Shown: in pieces, positions 1-9,586 of the stretch
Layout: each line of letters begins with the position of its first letter
How positions within the stretch are numbered: position 1 is the stretch's first letter
IMG/VR virus record: IMGVR_UViG_3300021468_000001
Span: 10,683-74,682 of that record
DNA: 64,000 bases
Source of the DNA: a virus
Direction: 5' to 3' (one strand)
Translations under genes and position numbers: made by a program
Notes under the pieces: model-generated
Told to the model about the DNA's origin: nothing
The model's database searches: none
The model's input: the letters and a program-made list of their open reading frames with translations, nothing else

Positions 1-270
1 TTCGCCCAGTAACATAAGCGCCTCGAAGATTTCGTCATCCCAACTGTAGCCAAGCCGCTCTTTGATTCCCAGAAGCGCCTCAGCCGCGCGTTGCCCGCCG
101 ATTTCGCCGATGCTCTTAATCGCGCGACCGCGAACACGAAAGTCCTCATCTTCCGCCACCTTGACAAGCACATCAATCATCTCTTCGTCGCCAGATTCGC
201 CGAGCGCTTGCGCAGCAGTCCAGCGAACATACCAGTTTGTGTCTTTCAACGATTCAAGCGGGTTATTCAT
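1..270 (-). CDS. HEAT (PBS lyase-like) repeat protein, partial (runs off window)
   Basis: Not in ORF track. AGGAGG RBS, ATG at 270; translates MNNPLESLKDTNWYVRWTAAQALGESGDEEMIDVLVKVAEDEDFRVRGRAIKSIGEIGG, i.e. two D-x-x-x-x-VR-x-x-A-x-x-x-(L/I)G repeats. Confidence 0.85.
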   Translation of the reverse strand, partial: MNNPLESLKDTNWYVRWTAAQALGESGDEEMIDVLVKVAEDEDFRVRGRAIKSIGEIGGQRAAEALLGIKERLGYSWDDEIFEALMLLGE

Positions 271-1139
271 TTCGTGCCTCCTACTGCTTTCGCAATCGCC
301 TTTGCCCTGTTGATCATTCTGATAAGACCGCCGTCGATGTCTCCAATGGAGAAAAGACCTTCTGATTGGCATGTCATAAAGGTAAATGTATAACGCTGTT
401 TGTGGTACTTGGGGAAGGTTACAAACAGTTGTCCTTCATGCCAAACGTAGCCTTGGATTTCGGTTGTTTTGGACTCCGGGAGGCTCGCGCATCCAATCTC
501 CATTTCCTCTTCATAGAAGGCTTCTGCGAAGGCAAGCAGATACCACGGCCTGATAGCGAACACGTGAGGCCGACAACCGTGATTACATTCAGTAGTCGCG
601 AAAATGTGGCCTTCATCAGATGGGAGCATGAAGATTGCCCGCCTTCCGTCCAAAATCACAAACATGGCTTTGTGCGAAGGAAAGAGGCGGAGCGCATCAC
701 ATATTTCGCCAGCGAATGGGAAATGAAAGAGCGCCTTGATGCTGTTCTTCCTCTCGCATACATTGGCGATTCCTGTTGCAGTAGGGAAGGTTGTTGGCGT
801 GCCGACGCTATCTTTCACATGTATTGCTTTGCCTGTTGTCTTGCCTGCCCCCCTGCCTATGCGCCACCAGATTAGTTTTTTGAATTCCAGCAATTGCCTG
901 CGGTCGAGGTAAAACTGATTGGGTATGATTGAGTCTTTGATTGGAATGCGCGCGACCATCAACGCTGCCATTGCCCCGTCTATGACAGTTATTTCTGCGC
1001 TCTTGCCCTTTCTGGCGACCTTTGCGAATCGCGTATGCGGATGCTCGGGGTTACGTTTTGTGGGCAAAAGGCGAAATGCCAGATTAAACACGCTGTCAAA
1101 CCACTGTTCCTCTTTCAACTCTTTCTCATCCTTGTTCAT
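267..1139 (-). CDS. Hypothetical protein, possibly a divergent sliding-clamp (beta) like fold
   Basis: 290 aa, coupled RBS; ITVIDG weakly resembles the ATDG clamp motif. Confidence 0.55.
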   Translation of the reverse strand: MNKDEKELKEEQWFDSVFNLAFRLLPTKRNPEHPHTRFAKVARKGKSAEITVIDGAMAALMVARIPIKDSIIPNQFYLDRRQLLEFKKLIWWRIGRGAGKTTGKAIHVKDSVGTPTTFPTATGIANVCERKNSIKALFHFPFAGEICDALRLFPSHKAMFVILDGRRAIFMLPSDEGHIFATTECNHGCRPHVFAIRPWYLLAFAEAFYEEEMEIGCASLPESKTTEIQGYVWHEGQLFVTFPKYHKQRYTFTFMTCQSEGLFSIGDIDGGLIRMINRAKAIAKAVGGTK

Positions 1140-1533
1140 TTTCAGCCTCCTTCAAGTGATTCGCAATGTGGGCAAAAACTTCTACTGGAAGCCCAAGACT
1201 GCAATTGTGAATGCTGCGCCCAATCATTATTTCTTCCAGGTCTTCTGCATCTGGCCCATATGGACCGCGACTCTGATGCCACTGGAACGTTATGATATAA
1301 ACTCTTCTCCCCTGCTGTTTGTAAAGATAATAAGCCGTGATTGCGGCATTCGCCCGCCTTTCAAGTAGGTACCATTTGTCACCGAATATCTCTACTTGCT
1401 CTGCTTTCATTCTCTGGTCTCCTCTTTCGTTTTCCTGAAGGCTGGAGTCCGCCTCGCAGTGGCAATTAGCCGCCTCTTCCAAACTAAACCGCAGATACCG
1501 AGTAAGGTCCATTTTTTTACCCTGCTCATTCAT
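1126..1533 (-). CDS. Hypothetical protein (family A; paralog of 12188-12454); alternative start at 1410
   Basis: MKAEQVEIFGDKWY..YYLYKQQGRRV..FQW..RGP aligns with MNARQVTVDGEKWY..YYLWRREGRVV..FRW..RGP. Confidence 0.75.
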   Translation of the reverse strand: MNEQGKKMDLTRYLRFSLEEAANCHCEADSSLQENERGDQRMKAEQVEIFGDKWYLLERRANAAITAYYLYKQQGRRVYIITFQWHQSRGPYGPDAEDLEEIMIGRSIHNCSLGLPVEVFAHIANHLKEAENEQG

Positions 1534-1750
1534 TTTCGGCCTCCTCCAATTCCCGCACTACCTGCAACAACTCCCGCTTGCCGATGCCCAACTTGCGGCA
1601 GAAATCGACAAGCGTGATTTCGTGCGCTTCGATGCCGACGAGTTCGTCATACCACCCGTCAACGCGGATTACGCGCCGAGACTTCACAAACTCAATGCCA
1701 ATACCGGTCCATGCATTCCCGAAGATTATTGATTTAGGCTCGCCCATCAA
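1526..1750 (-). CDS. Hypothetical protein
   Basis: Coupled to the downstream gene through the GGAGGCCGAAAATG junction. Confidence 0.7.
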   Translation of the reverse strand: MMGEPKSIIFGNAWTGIGIEFVKSRRVIRVDGWYDELVGIEAHEITLVDFCRKLGIGKRELLQVVRELEEAENE

Positions 1751-1757
1751 CTTGCCC

Positions 1758-2057
1758 TCACAAAAGCACTCTATTGCCAGATCTGATTATCAACGCTGCA
1801 TCTTCCACTGCTTCTTTTACCTTTTGCCATGCTTTCTTCACGCTGTTGTTGCGAGCACGGCTAATGACTTTCTCGACTGTTTTATAAAACGCCCCTGACA
1901 GCACGCCGGCTCCACGGATACGCATTGCATGGGAGCAAGCAAGTCGGCCTTGTTTGCTTATTTGCTTGCCATACTTTTTGCTTTCACGCAACGCATTCAC
2001 AAGGGCGTTCCAGATGCGTGCTATTGATTGCACATGCTCAATCCCATCCTTGTCCAT
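1758..2057 (-). CDS. Hypothetical protein (family B; paralog of 3514-3819)
   Basis: IARIWNALVNALRES..LSGAFYKTV..RARNNSVKKAWQKV vs MAQLWQALAEALYES..LSFAFYTAV..RASNDAVRSAWEKV. Confidence 0.8.
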   Translation of the reverse strand: MDKDGIEHVQSIARIWNALVNALRESKKYGKQISKQGRLACSHAMRIRGAGVLSGAFYKTVEKVISRARNNSVKKAWQKVKEAVEDAALIIRSGNRVLL

Positions 2058-2326
2058 CAATCCCCCCTTTCGCCTTCTAACGCTTTCGAGTTTTTCTCCC
2101 TCCCATGCAGCACATCGGCGAATCGGCGCTTCAGCTTCCTTATCACTTCTTCGCGCGAATATCCCCAAGCCCAGACGTCTTCCGGGACCGTGAGATACAC
2201 CCCGAAGAAAAGATCAAGCAGCCCACAGGGGAGGCACCAAATACCTGCATTGAAGGCGACCTTCTTGCCGCCAATTCCAATCGTGTGCAGAAACACTTGT
2301 TCGAATGATTCAGTCTCTCCCCCCAT
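2057..2326 (-). CDS. Hypothetical protein
   Basis: GGAGG RBS; stop overlaps next start. Confidence 0.65.
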   Translation of the reverse strand: MGGETESFEQVFLHTIGIGGKKVAFNAGIWCLPCGLLDLFFGVYLTVPEDVWAWGYSREEVIRKLKRRFADVLHGREKNSKALEGERGD

Positions 2327-2612
2327 GTGATTCCCTCCTAATGGAATTTTCAAGATCCGCGCGAAGAGCGCCCTCCAGATTGTAAATTGCTCGGCCGAGG
2401 ACGGTTGCGTGCTTCACTCCCCATTCACTCATAGGTTTGCCCACAAGATAAAGAGGGGGGAAGTCGCCGTATCGCAGGTAATACGCTCCACGCAGTTGGT
2501 CTATCAGAAACTGTCGGGGTTCCCCTTCTCTCAAATCACAAACTGCCTGTCTGAGCATTACCATGATGCGCTTTCGGAGCCTCTCGCTTCTAACAATTTC
2601 ACACATAGTCAC
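2310..2612 (-). CDS. Hypothetical protein (family C; paralog of the 3816-4271 C-terminus)
   Basis: QLRGAYYLRYGDFP..TVLGRAI vs QLEGMHALRYGTYP..TVLWRAI. Confidence 0.75.
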   Translation of the reverse strand: MTMCEIVRSERLRKRIMVMLRQAVCDLREGEPRQFLIDQLRGAYYLRYGDFPPLYLVGKPMSEWGVKHATVLGRAIYNLEGALRADLENSIRRESHGGRD

Positions 2613-2630
2613 TCCTCTCCCTAAACGAAA

Positions 2631-2993
2631 TCAAACTGCATCAATTATTATTTGTAAGCGCCACCGGTTATTAAGCCGCGCACCTGGCACTCTACCATTA
2701 TCTTTTAGATAATGCTCAAGCGCTTTTTTATCAACCGCTCCCCCACGAAGGCACCATGATGCGCTCTCTTTCGCCCACGTTATTACACCCTCCTCATCCT
2801 CAATCACCAGTTCCAAATCAGGAGGGGCCAATACAAGCGTTATCCCGTCAACATTGACTCTATTTACTTTTTCCAACAACTGCATTTGATCGCCAAGATG
2901 CACGATATCTCGTAAAGATCCCGATGCCAATTTCAATAACTCTTTGATTTGCGTTGAGGGCAACATTGCTTTCAAGCCTCCATTAGACTTCAT
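2631..2993 (-). CDS. Gam/Gp157-like host-nuclease inhibitor-related protein
   Basis: C-terminal IEDEE..ITWAK..VDKKAL..LKDNGRVPGARL pattern. Confidence 0.5.
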   Translation of the reverse strand: MKSNGGLKAMLPSTQIKELLKLASGSLRDIVHLGDQMQLLEKVNRVNVDGITLVLAPPDLELVIEDEEGVITWAKESASWCLRGGAVDKKALEHYLKDNGRVPGARLNNRWRLQIIIDAV

Positions 2994-3285
2994 ATCCCTC
3001 TTCTCTTCTCCGTTTTTGTATTAGGTATTTCTCTATCATACGGAATATGCGAACCGCTAATTCTGGCGTGTGAGGCTCGCCTTCGCTCAAAGCCTTTATC
3101 ATTTCCTTTACAACTTTGCGTTCATCCGGTGTTGTAAAGTCAGGGAGGCTGAATTCGAGGCGCCAGTCACCTGCTATGAACAGAAGCCACGAGCGCTCAA
3201 AAACGATGGTCCGTTTCCCCCATTCTACAGCCTCAATACCCCTCATAAAAATATCCTCCAAAAGGAAACTGTTTTTCAATCCCAC
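2983..3285 (-). CDS. Hypothetical protein
   Basis: ORF in tightly packed leftward operon. Confidence 0.6.
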   Translation of the reverse strand: MGLKNSFLLEDIFMRGIEAVEWGKRTIVFERSWLLFIAGDWRLEFSLPDFTTPDERKVVKEMIKALSEGEPHTPELAVRIFRMIEKYLIQKRRREEGYEV

Positions 3286-3527
3286 TCAGATTCATGAAAT
3301 AAAGGACACAACTTCCCGCAGCTACAGCCTTTCTGCCATGCCTCAATTTGCGCTTTAACTTCTTCTAAGCGACCCTCATCAGTTGCGTTGGCAAGAGCTT
3401 CCTGTTTTGCATCTTCGAAGAGAGTCGTATCGTCATCTAGCGCACAGTGAAACCGTGAGATTAGCCGGTCGCCAAGAAATTCGTAATTGTAGGAAGCGTA
3501 GCGACAGCTTGAATCACAGGAGCACAT
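3276..3527 (-). CDS. Cys-rich hypothetical protein
   Basis: GGAGG RBS; Cys clusters at both ends. Confidence 0.6.
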   Translation of the reverse strand: MCSCDSSCRYASYNYEFLGDRLISRFHCALDDDTTLFEDAKQEALANATDEGRLEEVKAQIEAWQKGCSCGKLCPLFHESEWD

Positions 3528-3819
3528 TTGGTGTTCCTCCGCCTTCTCCTTTCAGTCCCCACAGCCGCGTTGTCGTGTCCGCGACTAAACGACCGACTTT
3601 CTCCCAAGCGCTCCGCACAGCATCGTTGCTGGCGCGCCGCACTACGTCGCAAACTGCCGTGTAGAACGCGAAGGACAACATCCTGCCGTCAAGTGCGTCT
3701 TGCATCGCAACGATCACTGGTCTACTGAGTTTCCCGCGCTGCCCGCTTTCATATAGTGCCTCGGCAAGTGCCTGCCACAACTGTGCCATCGCTTCTGTCT
3801 TTTCATCTTCACCGCTCAT
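3514..3819 (-). CDS. Hypothetical protein (family B)
   Basis: Paralog of 1758-2057; both end in VLL. Confidence 0.8.
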   Translation of the reverse strand: MSGEDEKTEAMAQLWQALAEALYESGQRGKLSRPVIVAMQDALDGRMLSFAFYTAVCDVVRRASNDAVRSAWEKVGRLVADTTTRLWGLKGEGGGTPNVLL

Positions 3820-4271
3820 TCCCACTCTCCTTTACGTCCGGTCCAGTAATCAGGATTGCCGCCGCACTTTACCCAGCGCTTCTGTAGCCGCCGAATCGCG
3901 CGCCAAAGGACGGTTTCCGGCCGCATCACGGCGACCGGATATGTGCCGTAGCGTAGCGCGTGCATCCCTTCCAGTTGGTGGATACGCTTTTTTGCGAGTT
4001 CGAGGTTATTAGTTTCCAAGGCAGCAACGGCAAGGTGCAACCTCGTTCTAATTGTAGCGATTGCCCAGGGATTAAAACCCCTTACCCTCGCTGTTTTTTT
4101 CGCGCAATCAAGAGCATCGCGTGCGGTTTTTACCGCCAGCACAATGTCGTCGATGAGCCTCCGAATTGCGCCCCACTTTACTTTCACGACATCTTCATCT
4201 TGAATCGCTTTCGCGTAGCACGCTTTAACCAAGCGCAATACCTCTTCCTGAAAGTCCTTGTCCTCGTTCAC
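3816..4271 (-). CDS. Hypothetical protein (family C)
   Basis: AGGAGG RBS, GTG start; paralogy to 2310-2612. Confidence 0.75.
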   Translation of the reverse strand: MNEDKDFQEEVLRLVKACYAKAIQDEDVVKVKWGAIRRLIDDIVLAVKTARDALDCAKKTARVRGFNPWAIATIRTRLHLAVAALETNNLELAKKRIHQLEGMHALRYGTYPVAVMRPETVLWRAIRRLQKRWVKCGGNPDYWTGRKGEWE

Positions 4272-4305
4272 CCTCGACCTCCTTTACTATCTTCCTGCCG
4301 CATTC

Positions 4306-4635
4306 CTATAACGCCTTTTCCATCAGAAGGCTCAAAGAGTCCTCAATCGCATGAAGGCTATCTTCCCATTCCGACACCAATATGCCATGTAGCCGCGCTA
4401 TTTCGCGGACTTGTTTGTTCTTCAATTCAGACGTTTCTGTGAGTTGAAAAGCAAGAATTAGAACGGCAAGCGCGGCCGCGCAATCCGAACGGGCACCGAC
4501 AGCGTAGTTGTGCGCCCTCAAATACTCTTCGTCCCGAAGCGCGGCCCAATACTCCGACATGCGGTCGCGTGCCGTCTTCTCTAACTTCCGCGCGCTCTCC
4601 ACAATCCACTCGACAACTTCTTTCGCCTTTTTCAT
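4306..4635 (-). CDS. Hypothetical helical protein
   Basis: RBS and operon context. Confidence 0.65.
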   Translation of the reverse strand: MKKAKEVVEWIVESARKLEKTARDRMSEYWAALRDEEYLRAHNYAVGARSDCAAALAVLILAFQLTETSELKNKQVREIARLHGILVSEWEDSLHAIEDSLSLLMEKAL

Positions 4636-5047
4636 TTCCTGACTCCCTATTCCCAAGCCCCACAGTCTATCATGTCCCGCACGCTGTTACCGTCGCCGTC
4701 AGGTAGCGCCTTCGGCTCGGCGGCGAGGTCTATCCGCTCCGCCTTCTCCAGGCCGCTTCCAAGCGTGCGCCCATGCTCACCGGACTCTTGCCATCTTCTT
4801 TCATGCTTTGGCCTCCCACGAAGCAGGAAGAATGCCATTGATGCGGACATACTGCCGAATATAATGCCACACATCAAGGCGCAAGGAAAAATCACAAATT
4901 AGCATCGCGGTCCATACAGCATGGAACCATTCGCGCTCGCGCACCGAAAGCACGGCCTTGCGCGCCGTTGCTTGGTCGTCAACGGATGCTTTTGCATAAG
5001 ACACAAGCGTATCAAGATACTCGTAAGGAAGCAAGCCCCTCATCATT

Positions 5048-5311
5048 TCACTTCTCCTTTCTTTCCTCTGCGGCTCGACCCCAACGCTGTTTCCAACGCC
5101 GTGTGTCTTGCCAAGCCGATAACGTGCACAGCATAACTACAATCCACATAGGAATCAGCATCAGTATCCGCAACCACAGCGGGTAGAGAACAGAGAGCGT
5201 TGGGTCCAGAACAATGTAAGTTACCGGTCCTGCCGCCACCGCCTCATACAGAATGAACAACAAAAAGGCAGGGTCAAATCCATGCCTTTCCGCCCACTCC
5301 TTAACGCTCAT
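5048..5311 (-). CDS. Small membrane protein (2 TM segments)
   Basis: Hydrophobic FLLFILYEAV and LWLRILMLIPMWIVVMLC stretches, basic tail. Confidence 0.7.
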   Translation of the reverse strand: MSVKEWAERHGFDPAFLLFILYEAVAAGPVTYIVLDPTLSVLYPLWLRILMLIPMWIVVMLCTLSAWQDTRRWKQRWGRAAEERKEK

Positions 5312-5580
5312 TCGCCTTCTCCCTTCAACTCCAACAGCCGCGCGGCGATGCGCAGCATACCGACTACGTCTTCTACTGTTGCGCTTTCGTTCAGTCCAGC
5401 ACGTATTACGTCCATCATTTCATCCCTTTCCGTAGGCAGCGGCCGCCGCGGCAGCAGAATTGTCAATATCCAGTTGCTTCGGTGCGCTGTTATCTGATCA
5501 CCTATGAACGATATGCACCAACCGCAGAAAGCACGGCCAAAAAGGCGCGTCTCGTATGCCTTCTCATTTTCACTACTCAT
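5308..5580 (-). CDS. Hypothetical protein
   Basis: AAGGAG RBS, overlapping stop/start. Confidence 0.65.
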   Translation of the reverse strand: MSSENEKAYETRLFGRAFCGWCISFIGDQITAHRSNWILTILLPRRPLPTERDEMMDVIRAGLNESATVEDVVGMLRIAARLLELKGEGE

Positions 5581-5899
5581 CACTGAACTCCTTCCGCTTT
5601 TCAAGCACATCCGTCGCTACATCGAAAGCCCTCTCTCCGACATAGCCACTCGCTATATCCTCGACCGCTTTCTCCGTCGCAAACGCGATTTCGTCAGCGA
5701 CTATCGCGTAGAACGGGTCCGAACTTCTGCGCAACAACGAGGCTTTATGCTCCACCGCGCTTTCTATCGCCTCTATCACGCGATTTCTTATCTCCTCCTT
5801 CAGGATGTTTGTGAAGTCTCCATTAACAACCGCGCTTGCGATTTTCCTCGCAACCATTTCGGCGACGCTACTTTTGCGCCTCGGTTTGCCCTTACTCAT
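5573..5899 (-). CDS. Hypothetical protein
   Basis: GGAG RBS, overlapping stop/start. Confidence 0.65.
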   Translation of the reverse strand: MSKGKPRRKSSVAEMVARKIASAVVNGDFTNILKEEIRNRVIEAIESAVEHKASLLRRSSDPFYAIVADEIAFATEKAVEDIASGYVGERAFDVATDVLEKRKEFSDE

Positions 5900-6176
5900 T
5901 TTCGTCTCTCCAAAACATGTGCTGTTTCGCACTATCAAGCGCTCTGGTTATCGCCTCGAATGCCTGCTCGACGATTTTGAACGCCTCGGCCCTTTCCTCA
6001 TCGGAGTACTCCTGCGAAAAGACCCAGGTTGATTGTACCGCGCTCGCAACATCTACCGCGGCATCTACGGTAGCCTCCAGTTGGAAAAGCGCGCCGTCCA
6101 TCGTTCTGCACTGTTCGGCACGCGCCGCACCAACCTCAACCGCCCGCAATGCCCGTTTTGCTTGTTCAAGACTCAT
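5892..6176 (-). CDS. Hypothetical protein (family D; paralog of 8207-8485)
   Basis: MSLEQAKRALRAVEV..GALFQLEATVDAA vs MGLEEARKALNGVQV..GALHQIKAAVDAA. Confidence 0.8.
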   Translation of the reverse strand: MSLEQAKRALRAVEVGAARAEQCRTMDGALFQLEATVDAAVDVASAVQSTWVFSQEYSDEERAEAFKIVEQAFEAITRALDSAKQHMFWRDENE

Positions 6177-6481
6177 TTTGTGTCCCCCTCTTCTAACAAA
6201 CGCGCGTCTACCAACCGCGCTATCGTGGGCCACTCTTTTGCGAGCCCCCACCAATACTCACCCGTGGCTGGCCGACAAAGAACAAAATACTCGCCGTTCG
6301 ATTCCTCGTCAGCAAGCCACTGAACCGAGAGTCCCAAGTGAGGGTAGTGATAGTATTCGCCAAGCACCAAGTAATCCCCCTCCGCGTCCGCTTCCTCTGC
6401 TTCTTCCCAAGAAGAATAGAGCTTGTACCCTTCTTCCCGCGCGACCTTCCGCGCAAGCCTTTCTACCGATTTTCTCCGCAT
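6173..6481 (-). CDS. Hypothetical protein
   Basis: Starts in the GGAGGCCGAGTGATG junction motif. Confidence 0.75.
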   Translation of the reverse strand: MRRKSVERLARKVAREEGYKLYSSWEEAEEADAEGDYLVLGEYYHYPHLGLSVQWLADEESNGEYFVLCRPATGEYWWGLAKEWPTIARLVDARLLEEGDTK

Positions 6482-6750
6482 CACTCGGCCTCCTCCTTCA
6501 GCGCCTCTTTCAGCGTCCGCCAAACGCGATAGCGAAACAGGTCATTTGGATCATACTGGCGAAATGGCCTGCACATTTGCCGCGCTTGCGTCCGACTAAA
6601 TATCAGATAGTCCTTTGAATGCTCGCCAGTCTCGACAAACCTTGTTTTTTCTTCTTCTGTCGGCCAGTAGCGTTGGCCGGGATAGCCATATCGTAGAGAC
6701 CTAGACCCCGCCCATACCCAAATTGCCCTTTCCCTTGCGTCTCTCCGCAT
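6481..6750 (-). CDS. Hypothetical protein
   Basis: Bounded by two junction motifs; ends EEAE. Confidence 0.75.
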   Translation of the reverse strand: MRRDARERAIWVWAGSRSLRYGYPGQRYWPTEEEKTRFVETGEHSKDYLIFSRTQARQMCRPFRQYDPNDLFRYRVWRTLKEALKEEAE

Positions 6751-6761
6751 CACTCGGCCTC

Positions 6762-7226
6762 CTATATTGCCAATTGCGCGGACGCGGCGATTTCCTCAAT
6801 AAGACAGTCTGCGCGATACTCCATCTGCATCCAGTAGTAGTAACAACCCCGCCCGCGACACTGGCGATATTCGCCGCTCTCTGGGCAAGTGATGTATTCG
6901 CGCCCGCACGGAGCATTAGCCGCACCCTGCTGGGCTCCACGATAGTATTGCCCCAGCGTCAACACTATCTGCATATATCTCGCGTAGTGCCGAATCACGG
7001 GCAGGTCGTCCGGGTCATAATAATTTGTCTCTTTCCAATTCCATCCGCTGTGATGCCACTCCGTTTCCACGCCCAACCTGTCTACGGCCGCCGCCGTTAC
7101 CCGACGGCGACGCCCGCGCACGCGCACGGTCCCGCATCGCCGGGCCACTTCTGCGGCAGTCAGCAAGCCGCGCGCGCTCGCATCTGCCGCACGCCGACTC
7201 CGCCGCGCTCCGCATTTCGTCAACAT
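6762..7226 (-). CDS. Hypothetical phage protein (EWHH motif, CxxC-x3-C tail)
   Basis: TEWHHSG..TNYYD motif; junction motif start. Confidence 0.75.
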   Translation of the reverse strand: MLTKCGARRSRRAADASARGLLTAAEVARRCGTVRVRGRRRRVTAAAVDRLGVETEWHHSGWNWKETNYYDPDDLPVIRHYARYMQIVLTLGQYYRGAQQGAANAPCGREYITCPESGEYRQCRGRGCYYYWMQMEYRADCLIEEIAASAQLAI

Positions 7227-7507
7227 CACTCGGCCTCCTTCAATATCACAAGGTCGCATATCCGAAGCCAGTCGGGCTCGCTTACGATTGTTGATCGTGA
7301 GCCATCCCGCGACCAATCGCTTACGCTAAAAATGCCAGTTTCCAACAATGGGACTACCTTACTATCCCAAAACCTTCGCTCCTGAAGACGTCGGTTTTTC
7401 GCGGCGCGCAACTTGATGACTACCTCATCCCCGCGAATCTGCCCGCCCGTTACTAAGGCTATAATTCTACGGGCTGCATCAACGCTCATTGAGAAACTTT
7501 CGGACAT
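7226..7507 (-). CDS. Hypothetical protein
   Basis: Junction motifs at both ends; ends KEAE. Confidence 0.7.
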   Translation of the reverse strand: MSESFSMSVDAARRIIALVTGGQIRGDEVVIKLRAAKNRRLQERRFWDSKVVPLLETGIFSVSDWSRDGSRSTIVSEPDWLRICDLVILKEAE

Positions 7508-7935
7508 CTCTCGGCCTCCTCCAACTTATACTGGGCGACGTCCTCGAACAGAAGCGACCACACGTCCAGAAGCAACTGCTTGTTGTCGCCTTCCAATACT
7601 CGCCTTGCGCCGTCGCCCCAGTCCATGAACACGTATTCGACCCGGTGAACGTGGAGCGCGGCATCTGTGTAAAACCGGAACTCGTCGCTCGGCCCGCCCC
7701 AAGATATTTGGTAGCAGAAGTATCCCTCGTCCTGTCCGTCGAACGTGCCCGCCAACACGTAGTCGAAGCACAGGCCGTGCTCGTAAATGGCTTCTTCGGG
7801 ATGTTCTCCATACTCCGCGACCATTGCGTCACGCTCCTTTTCCGAAAGATCGTCGGTTGCAGCGCGATAGAGCAGCCGGAGCTCTTCTATCTCGTCCGCC
7901 AAACTTGCCTCGATTCTTTCCTCACACGTCAACAT
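7486..7935 (-). CDS. Conserved phage hypothetical protein (SWGGPSDE motif)
   Basis: YQISWGGPSDEFRF..MDWGDGA. Confidence 0.8.
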   Translation of the reverse strand: MLTCEERIEASLADEIEELRLLYRAATDDLSEKERDAMVAEYGEHPEEAIYEHGLCFDYVLAGTFDGQDEGYFCYQISWGGPSDEFRFYTDAALHVHRVEYVFMDWGDGARRVLEGDNKQLLLDVWSLLFEDVAQYKLEEAERCPKVSQ

Positions 7936-8207
7936 TACTCGGCCTCCTTAAAGCAGGCGGCCTCGACCGCGTATCCAACCCCGTCGCTGCCATCCAGTAT
8001 TCTGGTGTGATACTCTGCGGCGATTTCTCTTGGCAGGAGGCGCGCTACGCTTCCAACAATTCGGTATAGCCGCTCGGCTACTTCGAGCACGTCGTCGCTT
8101 GCGTCGCCTTTCACGTGGTTAGCAACGTTTCCGAGCGCTTCCATTGCGAGGCAGGCGTCTTCAGCGACACACTCTGCGATTCTTTTTACCATCCTTCCTA
8201 TCTGCAT
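7935..8207 (-). CDS. Hypothetical protein
   Basis: Junction motifs at both ends. Confidence 0.75.
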   Translation of the reverse strand: MQIGRMVKRIAECVAEDACLAMEALGNVANHVKGDASDDVLEVAERLYRIVGSVARLLPREIAAEYHTRILDGSDGVGYAVEAACFKEAE

Positions 8208-8485
8208 TACTCGGCCTCCTCTACATGTTCAAAGATAAGCATCCGCATCTTCCCAAGCGCTAGAGATATCACACCGAATGCCTGGTTTAGAAGCTTCCCG
8301 AGTTCTTTCCTTTCTTCCTCTGTTCCGTTAATCCAGGCGTCCTCTGCTTCAAGTGCCATAGCCATCGCTGCGTCAACTGCGGCCTTTATTTGGTGAAGTG
8401 CCCCGCTCAACATCTTATGATTGCTAGCCCTTGTAGAAGCTACTTGAACTCCATTTAACGCCTTCCGCGCCTCCTCAAGCCCCAT
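8207..8485 (-). CDS. Hypothetical protein (family D)
   Basis: Paralog of 5892-6176; ends EEAE. Confidence 0.8.
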   Translation of the reverse strand: MGLEEARKALNGVQVASTRASNHKMLSGALHQIKAAVDAAMAMALEAEDAWINGTEEERKELGKLLNQAFGVISLALGKMRMLIFEHVEEAE

Positions 8486-8497
8486 GTGCTGACCCTC

Positions 8498-8746
8498 TCA
8501 GAGCAAAAACCTATAGTAACCGCGCCCCACGCGCACGCAACGCCCAGCTTTCCGTAGGCTCTGTATCCCCCTGTGAAAGGCACGACGTGTAGTGTCCGAG
8601 TCTACTATCCCTTTCCGCTCCCGGTAGTCCCGCGTTATCCTGAATACTTGCGTTGCTGACAGCGCATAGCCCAAGTTGATTACGTGATACAGCCTTGCTT
8701 CATCGAGCGCCTTGAGTATGCTATCCGCCCACGATTCTTTTAACAT
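8498..8746 (-). CDS. Winged-helix DNA-binding protein (putative)
   Basis: Helix followed by LRKAGRCVRVGRGYYR wing. Confidence 0.55.
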   Translation of the reverse strand: MLKESWADSILKALDEARLYHVINLGYALSATQVFRITRDYRERKGIVDSDTTRRAFHRGIQSLRKAGRCVRVGRGYYRFLL

Positions 8747-8826
8747 TGCAGGACCTCCCACCTTGTTCCGGAGTGCATTATGCGATCCGCCAATTGCCGC
8801 TCTACCATTTCACTAGCACGGCTTTA

Positions 8827-9228
8827 CTATCTTTTCCACGCATCGAAAGCCTCTTGTTCCGCAATATACCATTCGTCCCCGCGGAAGTAAACCTTTCCGC
8901 CCCAACGAGCAACACGCAGTACTCCTACATGTTCTCGCGAGTCGCCTTCCACCCAAAAAGATCCTCTTACCAGGTTATCTTTTATATCCTCCGTTATCCT
9001 AAATTTGACAATCCGTTTCGGCTCTCCAAGTAAAGCAGTCATCTCACTTTCTGCGTTGGCTATTTCCGCAAAAGCAGAATCTATAAGGCGTGCTAGCCTT
9101 CGTGAGTCTCCTTCTACTTTGTCAGCTTCATTAAGCGCAACGCACGCGCGCTCAAGAAACTCAAGCGCCCGAAGCGCTCTCCATTCTGTTTCGGACTGGG
9201 CGCAATCAATATGATTCCTTCCTCGCAT
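8827..9228 (-). CDS. Hypothetical protein
   Basis: AGGAG RBS, operon context. Confidence 0.65.
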   Translation of the reverse strand: MRGRNHIDCAQSETEWRALRALEFLERACVALNEADKVEGDSRRLARLIDSAFAEIANAESEMTALLGEPKRIVKFRITEDIKDNLVRGSFWVEGDSREHVGVLRVARWGGKVYFRGDEWYIAEQEAFDAWKR

Positions 9229-9239
9229 TGCGAGATCTC

Positions 9240-9563
9240 CTACTGCATCCACGCAGGCACGAATACTCGCTCCGGGTCAAGCCCCAAAGCGCGGATATAC
9301 TTGTGTCCCGCTTTCGTGGCGTAAACTATGCCGTTCGGTGTCGCCGGGACAAGGTCGAAAACGGCTACAGGGCAGCACTTCTGCGGCGTGATAATCTCTG
9401 CGACTCCCACTTTAGCGCGCCCATCACGGTAGCCCGTGCCCTCGTTCGCATCGTAGAGCACGTAGCGCTTCCTGTCCACCTCGAACCCGACAAACGGGTT
9501 GAAAGCGTCCGCAGGCAACGCCTGCATAGCCTCTCCAACACTCGCATCACAAGACCATCCCAT
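9240..9563 (-). CDS. Hypothetical protein
   Basis: GAGGAGG RBS. Confidence 0.7.
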   Translation of the reverse strand: MGWSCDASVGEAMQALPADAFNPFVGFEVDRKRYVLYDANEGTGYRDGRAKVGVAEIITPQKCCPVAVFDLVPATPNGIVYATKAGHKYIRALGLDPERVFVPAWMQ

Positions 9564-9586
9564 TGTGTGGCCTCCTCAAATTGCGC

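Noticed and set aside
6479-8219. CRISPR array formed by the 15-nt junction repeats
   Set aside because: Spacing is 270-480 nt and each interval is an intact ORF; no cas operon (the PD-(D/E)XK gene sits in the recombination module)
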